Positions 28,720 through 42,062 of a DNA stretch of 64,000 bases are shown piece by piece. Every line of letters starts with the position of its first letter. Position 1 is the first letter of the stretch. The stretch lies in the NCBI RefSeq assembly GCF_009914755.1, contig NC_060940.1; one strand, written 5' to 3'. The notes below the pieces were generated by a model. The model worked only from the letters and a program-made list of their open reading frames with translations. It was not told where the DNA came from and did no database searches. A program made the translations under genes and the position numbers. The stretch comes from the human T2T-CHM13v2.0 reference genome, Homo sapiens.

Positions 28720-29769
28720 CTTTGTGGTTTTATCTACCTTTGGTCTTTGATGATGGTGACGTACAGATGGGTTTTTGGTGTGGATGTCTTTTCTGTTTGT
28801 CAGTTTTCCTTCTAACAGACAGGACCCTCAGCTTCAAGTCTGTTGGAGTTTGCTAGAGGTCCACTCCAGATCCTGTTTGCCTGGGTATGTGCAGCGGTGG
28901 CTGCAGAACAGCGGATATTGGTGAACCGCAAATGCTGCTGCCTGATGGTTCCTCTGGAGGTTTTGTCTCAGAGGAGTACCCGGCTGTGTGAGGTGTCAGT
29001 CCTCCCCTACTGGGGGATGCCTCCCAGTTAGGCTACTCGGGGGTCAGGGACCCACTTGAGGAGGCAGTCTGCCCGACCTCAGATCTCAAGCTGCGTGCTG
29101 GGAGAACCACTACTCTCTTCAAAGCTGTCAGACAGGGACATTTAAGTCTGCAAAGGTTACTGCTGCCTTTTTGTTTGTCTGTGCCCTGCCCCCAGAGGTG
29201 GAGCCTACAGAGGCAGGAAGGCCTCCTTGAGCTGTGGTGGGCTCCACCCAATTCGAGCTTCCCAGCTGCTTTGTTTACCTAATCAAACAACTAACTGAGC
29301 AATGGCTGGCACCCCTCCCGCAGCCTCGCTGCCACCTTGCAGTTTGATCTCTGACTGCTGTTCTACCAATGAGCGAGACTCCGTGGGTGTAGGACCCTCT
29401 GAGCCATGTGCGGGATATAATCTCCTGGTGTGCCGTTTTTTAAGCCCATTGGAAAAGCGCAGTATTAGGGTGGGAGTGACCCGATTTTCCAGGTGCTGTC
29501 TGTCACCACTTTCTTTGCCTAGGAAAGGGAATTCCCTGACCCCTTGTGCTTCCTGGGTGAGGTGATGCCTTGCCCTGCTTCAGCTCATGCAGTGTGCACT
29601 CCACCCACTGTCCTGCACCTACTATCTGGCACTCCCCAGTGAGATGAACCCAGTACCTCAGCTGGAGATGCAGAAATCACCCGTCTTCTGCATCGCTCAT
29701 GCTGGAAGCTGTAGACTGGAGCTGTTCCTATTCGGCCATGTTGGCTCCACCACGTCTATGTTTTATCAC

Positions 29770-30225
29770 ATGTATTTTTGCTCTTGTATTATGTCCTTGG
29801 GAGCTTGATCTTTTAACCATGTGGTGGTGCTTTCTTTTGGTCTCCACCTTCAGGGAGCAGGAATTTTAAGTTTCATGTCATAGTTAGCTCTAAAAATCAT
29901 ATTAAATGGTTAAAAACATTTTCAAGCTCAAAATTAACTACTCTAGACTTTTTCTGGGAGGCAAAGTACCGACCTTCCTGTGCTGTAGCTCAGTAGTCAG
30001 GGTCTTGCACTTTCACAGTGACTGTCTGTTGTTCGATTCCCCACCTTCAGAATAAGTCATTTCTGGTTTAGTATCTGAGTGACCTTGTCTATTCTCTTCT
30101 CCTCGTCGGACTGTCTTAAATTTTCCTTTCTCTAAGCACCTAGGGGGTTACCTTTGGTAAAGTTCAGAAGCTAGAAATATTGGCTGCTTGACATGGCTAA
30201 AGTCGGGTAATAAGAGATCTGAAAG
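29770..30225 (+). mobile_element. MER4-group ERV internal fragment with a tRNA-like segment
   Basis: 'gggagcttgatc...taaccatgtgg', 'gttagctctaaaa' and 'ggttacctttggtaaagttc' resemble MER4-group internal sequence. A tRNA-like stretch lies at 29984-30045. Confidence 0.55.
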
Positions 30226-30340
30226 GATTTTGTTTGTTTGTTTGTTTGAGACGGAGTCTTGCTCTGTCGTCCAGGCTGGAGTGCAAGCTCCCCTTCCCGA
30301 GTTCACTCCATGCTCCTGCCTCAGCCTCCCAAGTAGCTGC
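30226..30340 (-). mobile_element. Truncated AluY right arm with internal deletion
   Basis: (tttg)n tail, then 'gagacggagtcttgctctgtcg...ggagtgcaagctcc'. About 24 bp are deleted between tgca repeats, and 'gttcactccatgctcc' is AluY-like. Ends at 'aagtagctgc'. Confidence 0.85.
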
Positions 30341-30342
30341 AA

Positions 30343-30790
30343 CAAGTACATTGTTTTCTTTCTAACTTTCTGTCTGAATAATTTATTGCTTTCAGTAGAG
30401 TAATAATAGCTTCCATTATTATCATAATGGTCTGTTTTTTCTACAGTAATATATAAAATATATATTATTATATAGATATTATATAGATATTTTTATATAC
30501 ATATATAAATATGTCTACATATTTATGTGCTCCAATGTTGGATGCATATATAAATTGTTATAACCTTTTGATAAATTAGCTTGTTGTCATTATATAGTGA
30601 ACTTCTTTATATCTTGTGACAGATTGTTTCTAGAAGTCTATTTTGTCTGATATAAATATAGCCACTAATACACTCTTTTAGTTATTATTGGCATAGTAAT
30701 TTTTTTAATTATTTAACCATTAACCTGTGTGTGACCTTAAATCTAAAAAATGTTTCTGGTGTACAACATACTATTATATTTTTTAATGTC
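30343..30790 (-). mobile_element. Old L1M, continuation of 23010-23600
   Basis: Starts with the second TSD copy and continues the L1 endonuclease-region consensus (tttctgtctg...gtgctccaatgttggatgcatata). Confidence 0.75.
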
Positions 30791-30794
30791 TTTT

Positions 30795-32075
30795 TTTATT
30801 ATACTTTAAGTTCTTGGGTACATGTGCAGAACATGCAGGTTTGTTACTTAGGTATACACGTGCCATGGTGGTTTGCTACACCCATTAACTTGTCATCTAC
30901 ATTAGGTATTTCTCCTAATGCTATCCCTCCCCTATCCCCCCACCTCATGACAGGCCCTGGTGTGTGATGTTCTCTTCGCTGTGTCCATGTGATCTCATTG
31001 TTCAACTCCCACTTATGAGTGAGAACATGTGGTGTTTGGTTTTCTGTTCTTGTGTTAGTTTGCTGAGAATCATGGCTCCCAGCTTCAACCATGCCACTGC
31101 AAACGACATGAACTCATCCTTTTTTATGGCTGCATAGTATTCCATGGTGTATATGTGCCACATTTTCTTTATCCAGTCTATCATTAATGGGCATTTGGGT
31201 TGGTTCCAAGTCTTTGCTATTGTGAAAAGTGCTGCAATAAATGTACGTGTGCATGTTTATTGTGTGCATTTATAGTATAATGATTTATAATCCTTTGGGT
31301 ATATACCCAGTAATGAGATTTCTGGGTCAAGTGGTATTTCTGGTTCAAGATCCTTGAGGAATCACCACACTATCTTTCACAACGGTTGAACTAATTTACA
31401 CTCCCACCAACAATGTAAAAGCGTTCGTATTTCTCCACATGATCTTAAGCATCTGTTGTTTCCTGACTTTTTAATGATCGCCATTCAAACGGGTGTGAGA
31501 TGGCTTAATTAGATTCCATTTGTCAATTTTGGCTTCTGTTGCCATTGCTTTTGCTGATTTAGTCACAAAGTATTTGCCAATGCCTATGTCCTGAATTGTA
31601 TTGCCTAGGTTTTCTTCTAGGGTTTTTATGGTTTTAGGTCTTATGTTTAAGTCTTTAATCCATCTTGAGTTAATTTTTTATAAGGTGTAAGGAAGGGGTC
31701 CAGTTTCAGTTTTCTGCATATAGCTAGCCAGTTTTCCCAACACCATTTATTAAATAGGAAATCTTTTCCCCATTGCTTGTTTTTGTCAGGTTTCTCAAAG
31801 ATCAGATGGTTGTAGATATGTGCTGTTATTTCTGAGGCCTCTGTTCTGTTCCACTGGTATATATATCTGTTTTGGTACCAGTACAATGCTGTTTTGGTTG
31901 CTGTAGCCTTGTAGTACAGATTGAAGTCAGGTAGCATGATGCCTCCAGCTTTGTTCTTTTTGCTTAGGATTGTCTTGTCTATGTGAGCTCTTTTTTTGTT
32001 TTATATGAAATTTAAAATATCTTGTCCTAATTCTGTGAAGAAAGTCAATGGTAGCTTGATGGGGATAGCATTGAA
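30795..32075 (-). mobile_element. 5'-truncated L1PA7-like element with internal deletion
   Basis: 3'UTR 'gtgcagaacatgcaggtttgttac...ggtggtttgct...tctacattaggtatttctcc'. A jump at ~31503 removes ~290 bp relative to the L1PA4 copy. Approximate TSD ttttaatgtctttt / ttttaatctctttt. Confidence 0.85.
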
Positions 32076-32104
32076 GTTTTTAATCTCTTTAGACATTTTG
32101 TGAA

Positions 32105-32478
32105 TGTTTTAGTTCATTTTCTGTTTCAATAACAGAATATTCTAGAGTGGGCAATTTATAAAGAAGAAAGTTTACTTAGCTCATTTTTTTAGATGCCGAA
32201 AGTCCAAGAACATGCCATTGCCATCTGATAAGAACCATATTTCCAAGTCACAAAATGGTCAAAGGCATAAAGAGGGCAGAAGGTGTATATCAGAGAGCTT
32301 TCTTTTATGACGGAACCACTCTCATGATAACTAATCCATCCTGGAAATAATGACATTAATTCATTCATGGAGTAGAGCCCTCATGACCTAGTAAATTAAT
32401 AAATGTCTATCCTCCTAATTACATAACAATGAGTTAAATTTCAACATAAGTTTTGGAAGGGACATTCATACCACAGCA
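32105..32478 (-). mobile_element. MaLR solo LTR (MST/MLT1-like)
   Basis: The minus strand begins TGCTGTGGTATGAATGT. Typical 'aatttataaagaa...tttacttagctca' and 'gagccctcatgacct' motifs. Confidence 0.75.
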
Positions 32479-32932
32479 ATGTGTTTTTGTTGGGTAATTT
32501 GACTTTTTATATTTAAAAATATTGATAAGTAAGTACATATTACTGTCATTTTGTTAATTGTTGTCTGATCATTTAGTAGTTTCTTTGTTTTTTTTATGCT
32601 GTCTTCCTTTGTGTTTTTGTTTTTTTTTTTGCTTTTATTACTGTTATATGCTTTGATCTCTTTTCTTTTTTGTATCTATTATAACTTTTTTCTTGTAATT
32701 ACCAAGAGACTTACATAAAACATCTCATAATTATGAGTCTTGCTTAAGATAGTAACAATTTATCTTCTATGCATAAAAAAACTCAACAATTTTACTTTTT
32801 TCAACACACAATTTATGTCACACTTTAAAGTACATTGCCTTAAAACCATCCTCTACAAACGTTTCAACATTCTCTTTTAAAGCTTCTATGTGGGCTGAGA
32901 GCAAAGCTACAAAGGACCACAAGACTCCCTTA

Positions 32933-33400
<468 letters not shown>

Positions 33401-33606
33401 TCAATTTCCATCTACCAAAACCCAACACATATCACACTCCTCAGGGACACTTATTCACCCCACCTGTTTGGTCACCTTCTATACCTTCCTATGGTACTTG
33501 CTTCTTACTTTTCTTCTCACCATTTATACTTGAACTCAGATACAATGTACAACCCCTATTCACATCCTAGAGTGAATAGGAGATGCCAGACAGAAACACA
33601 AACTCA

Positions 33607-33892
33607 GCCCAGGTGTGGTGGTTCACACCTGTAATCCCAGCACTATGGAAGAATTGCTTGAGCCCAGTAGTTCAAGACCAGCCTGCGCAACATGTTGAGA
33701 CTGCATCTCTACAAAAAATTTTAAAAATTAGCTGGACATGGTGTGTTGCAGGCCTGTGGTTTCAGCTACTCAAAAAGCTAAAGAGGAGGGTCACTTGAGC
33801 CTGAGAGTTCTAGGTTTCAGTGAGCTGTGGTCAAACTGCTGCACTCTAGCCTGTGGGACAGTGAGACTCTGCCTTAAAAAAAGACAACAAAA
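33607..33892 (+). mobile_element. AluJ element
   Basis: Diverged dimeric Alu with J-type 'gcttgagcccag...gagactgcatctctacaaaaaa' and a left-arm deletion. Confidence 0.85.
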
Positions 33893-34091
33893 TGATATAA
33901 TTGTATAGCTTTCTACGAATGGTATATAAATATACAAATATATAATTCTGTAGCATCATAATGATGATGCATAAAGCATTCTATTTCTTTTATAGAACCT
34001 GAATGGCTAGAGCATAAAAACAATTATAAACCTTTCTTAATGGATATGTTATATAAAAATATAAAAACAAATATATAAGGTAATTTAAGTT

Positions 34092-35166
<1,075 letters not shown>

Positions 35167-35372
35167 TTAAAATATATTGTAACTTCGGGATGTTTTATTT
35201 AATCAACCTGATAACCACAAAAATACCCATAGAGATACAGAAAAGAAAATCAGAAAGGAACCAAAGCATATCACTACAAAAGAAAAGAATCTATGAAACA
35301 CAAGAAAAGCAGTAAGGGAGAAAATGACAAAAAATAATAGCTACAAAAAGGAAACACAAGTAACAATATAAC

Positions 35373-35751
35373 TGATATGATTTAGCTCTGTGCTTCCACC
35401 CAAATCTCAAGTCAAGATGTAACCCCCATGTGTCAAGGGAGGGACCTGATGAAAGGTGATGGGATCATGGGGGTGGATTTTCCCCATACTGTTCTCATGA
35501 TAGTGAGTGACTACTTACGAGATCTGATGATTGAAAAGTGTGGCACTTCCCCCCCTCTTTCTCTCTCCTGCTCCACCATTATGAGGACATGCTTGTTTTC
35601 CCTTTCCCTTCCACCATAATTGTAAGTTTCCTGAGTCCTCCAAGTCATGCTTCCTGTTAAGCCTGTAGAACTGTCAGTCAATTAAACTTCTTTTATTTAT
35701 AAATTATTCAGTCTCAGATAGTTTTTATAGCAGTTTTAAAAGACTAGTATA
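35373..35751 (+). mobile_element. THE1D/MSTA-like MaLR solo LTR
   Basis: TGATATGATTTAGCTCTGTG...CCACCCAAATCTCA...GTTTCCTGAG...CAATTAAAC...GACTAGTATA. Confidence 0.85.
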
Positions 35752-37349
35752 GTAGCCATAGTAAGTCCACCTGTTACTAAAATTTAAAAAACATACATGA
35801 TGTTCATCATCACTAGAACATCCATATTAGAAATGCTAAAAAGAGACTTTTATGTTGAAAAATAAAGCAATGCTAGACAGCTAATTATAAAACCATGTAA
35901 AAATAAGGAACTCTCTGTTAAAGGTAAATATACAAAAAATAGAGAATTTTCTATTATCATAATGATAGTGTATAAAATACACATAATTCTGCTATAAAAT
36001 TGTAAAAATAAAAACACTAAAAATTTGCAAATATGTTTGTTAATAAGTACACAATATAAAAATGTATATGTTGTAAAAATTAATAAGGTAAAATTTTATT
36101 GTTTTAACATAATAAGGCAAAGAAGAGATGTAAAGAGGTAGTTTTTTGTATTCAATTAAAGTTAAGTTGTTATGAGATAAAATATATTTACATAATTTTA
36201 AAGTGTTTTATATACTCTCTATTCCTCCTGATGATCACAAAGAAAATATCTATGGGAAGTACACAAAAGAAGATAAAAAAGAAATCAAAATATATCCATT
36301 CAAAATCAACAATGCACAAAAAAAGGCAGTAAGAAGGAAAAGGAGAAAAAAACATAACTATAAGAAACAGAAAATAATTGAATGGCAATAGAAATTCTTT
36401 TTCTACAGTAATTACTTTAAATATAAATTCATTAAACTTTCTATACAAAAGGCATAAAATGCATAAGTGGATTCACAGTAAACAATATCCAAAAATATGC
36501 TGTTTTTAGGAGACTCACTTTTGGTCTAAGGAATTAAATAGGCTGAAAGAAATAGAATGAAAAAAGATAATCCACATGAATAGTACCAAAATAGGACAGA
36601 GTCATCATACTTATTTTAACCCAAATGTGCCTCAGATTAAAACTGTCAAAAGAGACAAGGAATAATATGATATAATGATAAAAGAGTCTATTTGCCAGGA
36701 ATCTCTAGGAGGTATAAATATAAATATGCACATAATATAAGGGTTCCCAAATATGTAAAGTAAATATTGACCAAAGCAAAGCAAGAAATATACATCAACA
36801 CAATAATTGTGGGAGACTTTAATACCCCACTTTTAATAATAAATAGAAAAAACAGGTAAAAGATCAGTACAAAAGAAAACTTGAACAACATTAAAGACCA
36901 ATTAGACCTAATAGACATATGTAGAGCTTTTCAGTCAACCATAGAAGAATAAACAATATTCCCAATCACATGACACACCCTTAAGAATAGACAACACATT
37001 AGGACACAAAACAAGTCTTATTACATCTAAGAAGACTGAGACTATACAATGTATTCTTTCTGGCCACAATAAAATGAAACTAGTAGCTAAAATCAGAAAG
37101 AAAACTGTCATATCCCAAAATATGCATAACTTAAGCAATACACCTTTGAACCCACTCTTGCTCAAGAGTCGGATGACTTCATATTGTTAAAATGTTAACA
37201 CTGCCTACATTGACATACAGGTTCAATGTAATCCCTATGAAAATTACAATGGTACTTTTTTACTGAAACATTAAAAAAATCTAAAATTTACATAAAATCT
37301 CAAGCCACCATAAATAGCCACCATAGCTTTAGAAAGGAAGTATAGAGTT

Positions 37350-37625
37350 GGTCAGGTGCGGTGGCTCACACCTGTAATCCCAGCATTTTGGGAGGCCAAG
37401 GTGGGTGGATCAAGAGGTCTGGAGTTCAAGACCAGCCTGGCCAAGAAGGTGAAATCGCGTCTCTACTAAAATACAAAAATTAGTCGGGTGTGGCAGTGGG
37501 CACTTGTAATCCCAGCTACTCGGCAGGCTGAGGCAGGGAATTGCTTGAATCTGGAAGGCAGAGAATGCAGTGAGCTGAGATTGTGCCACTGCACTCCAGC
37601 CTGAGTAACAGAGTGAGTCTCTGTC
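37350..37625 (+). mobile_element. AluS (Sg-like)
   Basis: Full dimeric Alu. TSD aagtatagagtt / aagtataaagtt around the Alu plus its tail. Confidence 0.9.
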
Positions 37626-37629
37626 AAAA

Positions 37630-37685
<56 letters not shown>

Positions 37686-37714
37686 AAAGAAAGAGAGAGA
37701 GAAAGGAGAAAGAG

Positions 37715-37765
<51 letters not shown>

Positions 37766-37810
37766 AAAGAAGGAAGGAAGGAAAGAAAGAAGGAAAGAAA
37801 GAAAGAAAAG
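37626..37810 (+). repeat. Compound (GAAA)n/(GA)n/(GAAG)n microsatellite derived from the Alu tail
   Basis: About 185 bp of pure purine repeats. Confidence 0.97.
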
Positions 37811-38307
37811 TATAAAGTTAAAGACATCATATTTTCTGATTTCAAGACATATCACAAAGTTACAGAAATTAAAACAATAAGGTAATAGTATAAAGACAAA
37901 GAGGTGATGAAATAGAATAGAAACCCCAAAATAAACCCTTGTGAATATAATCAGATGACCTGCACTTGGGTTGCTATGACCATACAATGGAGAAAGAATA
38001 ATCTTTTCAACAAATGGTGTTGGAAAACTGACTATCCACCAAAAGAAAAATAACAAAGTAGGACCCTTCTCTTGCACCGTATATAAAACTATCTTAAATA
38101 TTTCAATGTAAAAACTATAATTATAAAAGTTTTTGAATAAAATATTCCAAGTACATTTTACAAGGTGGGAGAATTATTACTTTGATCTTGACAATATTTT
38201 CTTGAATATGACATAAAAAGGCATAAGCAACAACAAGAAAGTAAAATGAGACTGCATAAATCCATACATAACTGGCTTATACTAAACATCACAAAAACGA
38301 GTGTTCA

Positions 38308-38510
38308 ATAAGTGTCCACTTAATGTCATCAATAGGATCTTGAAAAATGACATTTTTCAAACTTCTATTTTAAGTTCAGATGTAAAAGTGCAGATTTGTT
38401 ACATAGGTAAACCTGTGTCATGGGGGTTTGTTGTACAGATGGAAAATGACTTTAAATGAAACACTGTACTGTATGCCATAGAAATGTAATGCTTGTTTAT
38501 ATCAAGCATT
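38308..38510. mobile_element. Tigger-family MITE (MER82-like) interrupted by a ~90-bp L1PA 3' tip
   Basis: 'gtccacttaatgtcatcaatagg...aatgactttaaatgaaacactgtactgtatgccatag'. L1 3' end at 38352-38440 with TSD aaaatgac. Confidence 0.55.
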
Positions 38511-38619
38511 TATAATAAAAATTATAATATCAAGCACTAGTATTATATTATATATTTGTATGTGTAAAATTATACATACAAATACACATACACAGGCACA
38601 CACACATAGTTGTTTATTA

Positions 38620-39280
38620 CATGTTTGTCCTTATGGATAAGCAAGTATCCATAGGGGATTTGTTCCAAGACACCCTTGGGATACCAAAATTCTAGATGTT
38701 CAAGTTTCTTATATAAAGAGAAGGATTATTACCTTTTTTTTTTTTTTGAGAGGAAGTTTTGCTCTTGTCACCAAGGCTGGATTGCAGTGATGCGATCTCG
38801 GCTCACCGCAACCTCCACCTCTCGGTTTCAAGCGATTCTCCTGCCTCAGCCTCCTGAGTAGCTGGCATTACAGGTGCCCACCACCATGCCAAGCTAATTT
38901 TTTGTATTTTTAGTAGAGACGGGGTTTCACCATGTCAGGCAGGCTGGTCTTGAACTCCTGGCCTCAGGTGATCCACCTGCCTTGGCCTCCCACAGTGATG
39001 GGATTACAGGCGTAACCCACCACACCCGGCCAAGAGAAGGATTATTTTCATATAACCTAGGCACAATCTCCTGTATAATACTTAATTCATCTCTAGATTA
39101 CTTATTATATCTAAAGCAACATAAATGCTATGTAAATAGTTCTGTATTGCTGAGGGATAATGACAATAATATCTGTACATGTTCAGTACAAAAGTAAACA
39201 TTGTATGCTTAACTACATATTTTATTCAAGGTTGGTTTGAATTCACAGATGTGTTATTCATGGACTTCAAGGGCCAAATC
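38620..39280 (+). mobile_element. MER2 DNA-transposon fossil split by an Alu
   Basis: 'gtatccataggggatttgttccaagac...ggataccaaaat' and 'catataacct...catctctagattactta...gtacatgttcagtac'. Confidence 0.75.
38731..39031 (-). mobile_element. AluSq/Sp-like element
   Basis: Full antisense Alu. Perfect 15-bp TSD aagagaaggattatt (38716-38730 / 39032-39046). Confidence 0.93.
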
Positions 39281-39548
39281 GTGTGTGTGTGTGCGTTTGT
39301 GTGTGAGTGTAGAAAAATAAATTCAACACCCTGTACCTATCAACTACTTAATAAAACTTTACCCCTACATTTGAAGCTGTCTGTATTGTCTACACAGTGT
39401 TTCCCAAATATAATTATTTGCTGCTCTACCTCAGAAAATCATCATTCATCTTAAGTTTTGAGAAAGTATAATCCATTTGACTTTTATTATTAATTATACT
39501 ACATATGTAGGTATATAAATAATACATTGTTTAACTTTGTAAGTTTTA

Positions 39549-39742
39549 AAACTTTCTGTAAAGATCCATGCTGTATATACTTCTGTAATGTTCTCTTATT
39601 CAACATTGTAATTTAAAAAGTCTTTCATGTTTTAGTTTCTTCCTCAACTTTCTGTAATGATGCATGCTGTACATACTTCTGTAGTGTTCTGTTATTCAAC
39701 ATTGTAATTTTAAAAGCCTTTCATGTTTTAGTTTCTTCATCA
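39549..39742. repeat. ~96-bp direct tandem duplication
   Basis: 'aactttctgtaa...catgctgta.atacttctgta.tgttct.ttattcaacattgtaattt...tttcatgtttt.agtttcttc.tcaa' occurs twice. Confidence 0.9.
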
Positions 39743-39869
39743 AATATATGCATTGTTTATAAATTAGCCTCTTAATTGAAGATACTGAACTCTACCTCAA
39801 AGAGAATTCTTGAGACAATAAATGCAAAATTCTCATAGCAGTGCTTGACTCATTGTAGGTGTCCAATAG

Positions 39870-40418
39870 TGTGATATCCTACCGTGTTTTAACCTGAATT
39901 GACTCCCTTAGCTGAGAGAGCCAGACAGACTCCATTTTGGCTCCTTCAGTTGCAGTCCCTTACCTACCCCCCTTCCTCAAGGACTTAACTTGTGCAAGCT
40001 GACTCCCAGCACATCCAAGAATGCAATTACTGATAAGATACTGTGGCAAGTTATATACGCAGTTCCCAGGAGTTCACCCAGTTGATATTACCCAAAGCCC
40101 CCATGTTTGTGTCCGGTTGACAGCACCCAAAGCCCCTGCATCTATCACCTTGTGATAGATTTAAAGCCCTGCACCTGGAACTGTTTGTTTTCCTGTACCC
40201 ATTTATCTTTTCAACTTTGTTGCCTGTTTTGCTTCTGTAAGATTGCTTCAGCTAGGCTCCCCCTCCCCTTTCTAAACAAAGGATAAAAGAAAATCTAGCC
40301 CCTTCTTTGGGGCTGAGAGAATTTTGAGCGCTAGCCATCTCTCAGTCACCGACAAATAAAGGACTCCTGAATTAGTCTCAAAGTGTGGTGTTTTTCTATA
40401 ACTCACTCGGTTACAACA
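39870..40418 (+). promoter_or_regulatory. 5' LTR (LTR6B)
   Basis: TGTGATATCCTACC...GGTTACAACA. AATAAA near 40355. The TATA-like position reads 'gataaaa'. Confidence 0.92.
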
Positions 40419-40420
40419 TT

Positions 40421-40438
40421 TGGAGGCCCCAGTGAGAT
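40421..40438 (+). promoter_or_regulatory. Primer-binding site, tRNA-Thr
   Basis: TGGAGGCCCCAGTGAGAT lies 2 nt after the LTR. It is complementary to a tRNA-Thr 3' end apart from one CpG-type change. Confidence 0.85.
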
Positions 40439-42062
40439 TTCTCCACTGGGTGAGTGCTGGACTCATTCCAGGATCCCCCAGACAGATGGCGGGCTTATAG
40501 GGGAGGCATCACCTGAAGACGCTCCAGGGCCCCATAGGCCACAGTCTTCCAGAGGGGAATGGATCGACTGCTGGTGTGTGCCCACCAAATTCAACTCCTG
40601 AATCTTCAGTCTCTGGTCCTGGGAAGTTAAGTCAGATCTGACTCTGTTTCTCTGGGAGGGAAACGGCCCTGACAAGGGCCCTCCCTCAGACTCCATACAC
40701 ACTCCAGGATGCTGGTTTCTGTCAGGCTTCCTGTTAAGACTCTCTCTCTCTCTCTCTGTCTCTTCTTTTCTCGTTCAGGTCTCAAGGAGACCTCTGTTTA
40801 AACGGGTATAAAAAAATTGTAATAAACTCTGAGTGAGTGAGTTAGTGAGTGAATGTGGAGTTGAAGGGCTTGCACTTGAATTTCCAGTTTGTAGCTGTAT
40901 GGTAAAAGCTATGGAGTTCGAGTGGGCCCTCACCTGCAGTTCCGTGGTGACCTCATAAGGCTTAGGGCAGCATCGGGCGTAGCTCGATCTGAGCTGGGGA
41001 TTTATACCAGCCTGCCAATGCCAAGAGGAGCCTAAGTCCCCACAAGGGGAGCAGCCAGGTGGGCATTTGACTGATCCCATCACGGGAACCCCTCCCCTTG
41101 TCTGTCTATAAACACTGTCATAACTGTTTTTATATCCCAGTGTCTATTGTGCTGTCTGCTGTTTGTCTAAGTTTCCTATGTCAGGTCATTGATACTGCCC
41201 AAGATGACTGGGCAAGGACTTCTTCAAGGTCCTCAGTACAGATTTTCTATCCCAGGAGGTCAAATCTCTCATTAGTTGTTTGGGCTGGTCATCCCAGTCC
41301 TGCCTTTTCTGTCAGAAACAAATCAGGTGTTGTTATGGGGAAGGGTGTGGGAAACATTAGCCTCTTTGGGACTTCTGGCACCATAAAGGTTGCTGGCATT
41401 TGAATTGCCATACCCTGTGCCCAATGACTGGACCACCTCCTCCTTAGACCAGTGGTGGTTTTGAAATAGCTACCCTGCAGACCTCCTTATTCACGTTTTC
41501 TGTCATCCTGTAAATTTTCCCATGCCCTTGGATAAGGCACTGTACAGAGAAACCTAAGCCCATACTGCTTTACTCCTTCTGGACTCCTATTCTATTCTTC
41601 TGTGGCTATTCTCCTACCTTAGGAAAGATCTGAGTGGCCCCTTTCCTCCATATCCCCATCCCTTACCCCACACATCTCATTTTCCTGTATCACAGCAAGT
41701 CCAGCACCTCCAAGACTTGGCTCTGCTCTCCCTCCTAAAACCCTTAAAAGAAAAGGCCAAGTTTGAACTTTTTGCCTTCAAGTCATGGAGACACCAAAAA
41801 TATTTGGGCTATAAGTCAAAAAAGAGAGGGGGATCACATAGGTCCCACTGGCCTCGGACCCACCTCTTTTCCTCTCTCCCTAGATCTCAAAGTGTAAGAA
41901 GACAGACCTTATGTGGCAAGAAGTGTTGGCTATAGTTGTTTTCCTACTTCTTCTGGTTATAATACTTCTTTTCTTCTGATACTACAGTCCCCCAGGTTGT
42001 GAATTTCTCTGTCAATGCTGGGTTTAATATTTCTGCTCAAACCTTGTTAAATTGCCTCCAGA

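Noticed and set aside
29984-30045. Functional tRNA gene
   Set aside because: Acceptor and T stems do not pair. Kept only as a tRNA-like fossil.
37466-38077. 203-aa hydrophobic ORF
   Set aside because: An artefact of the (TTTC)n microsatellite, antisense Alu and L1.
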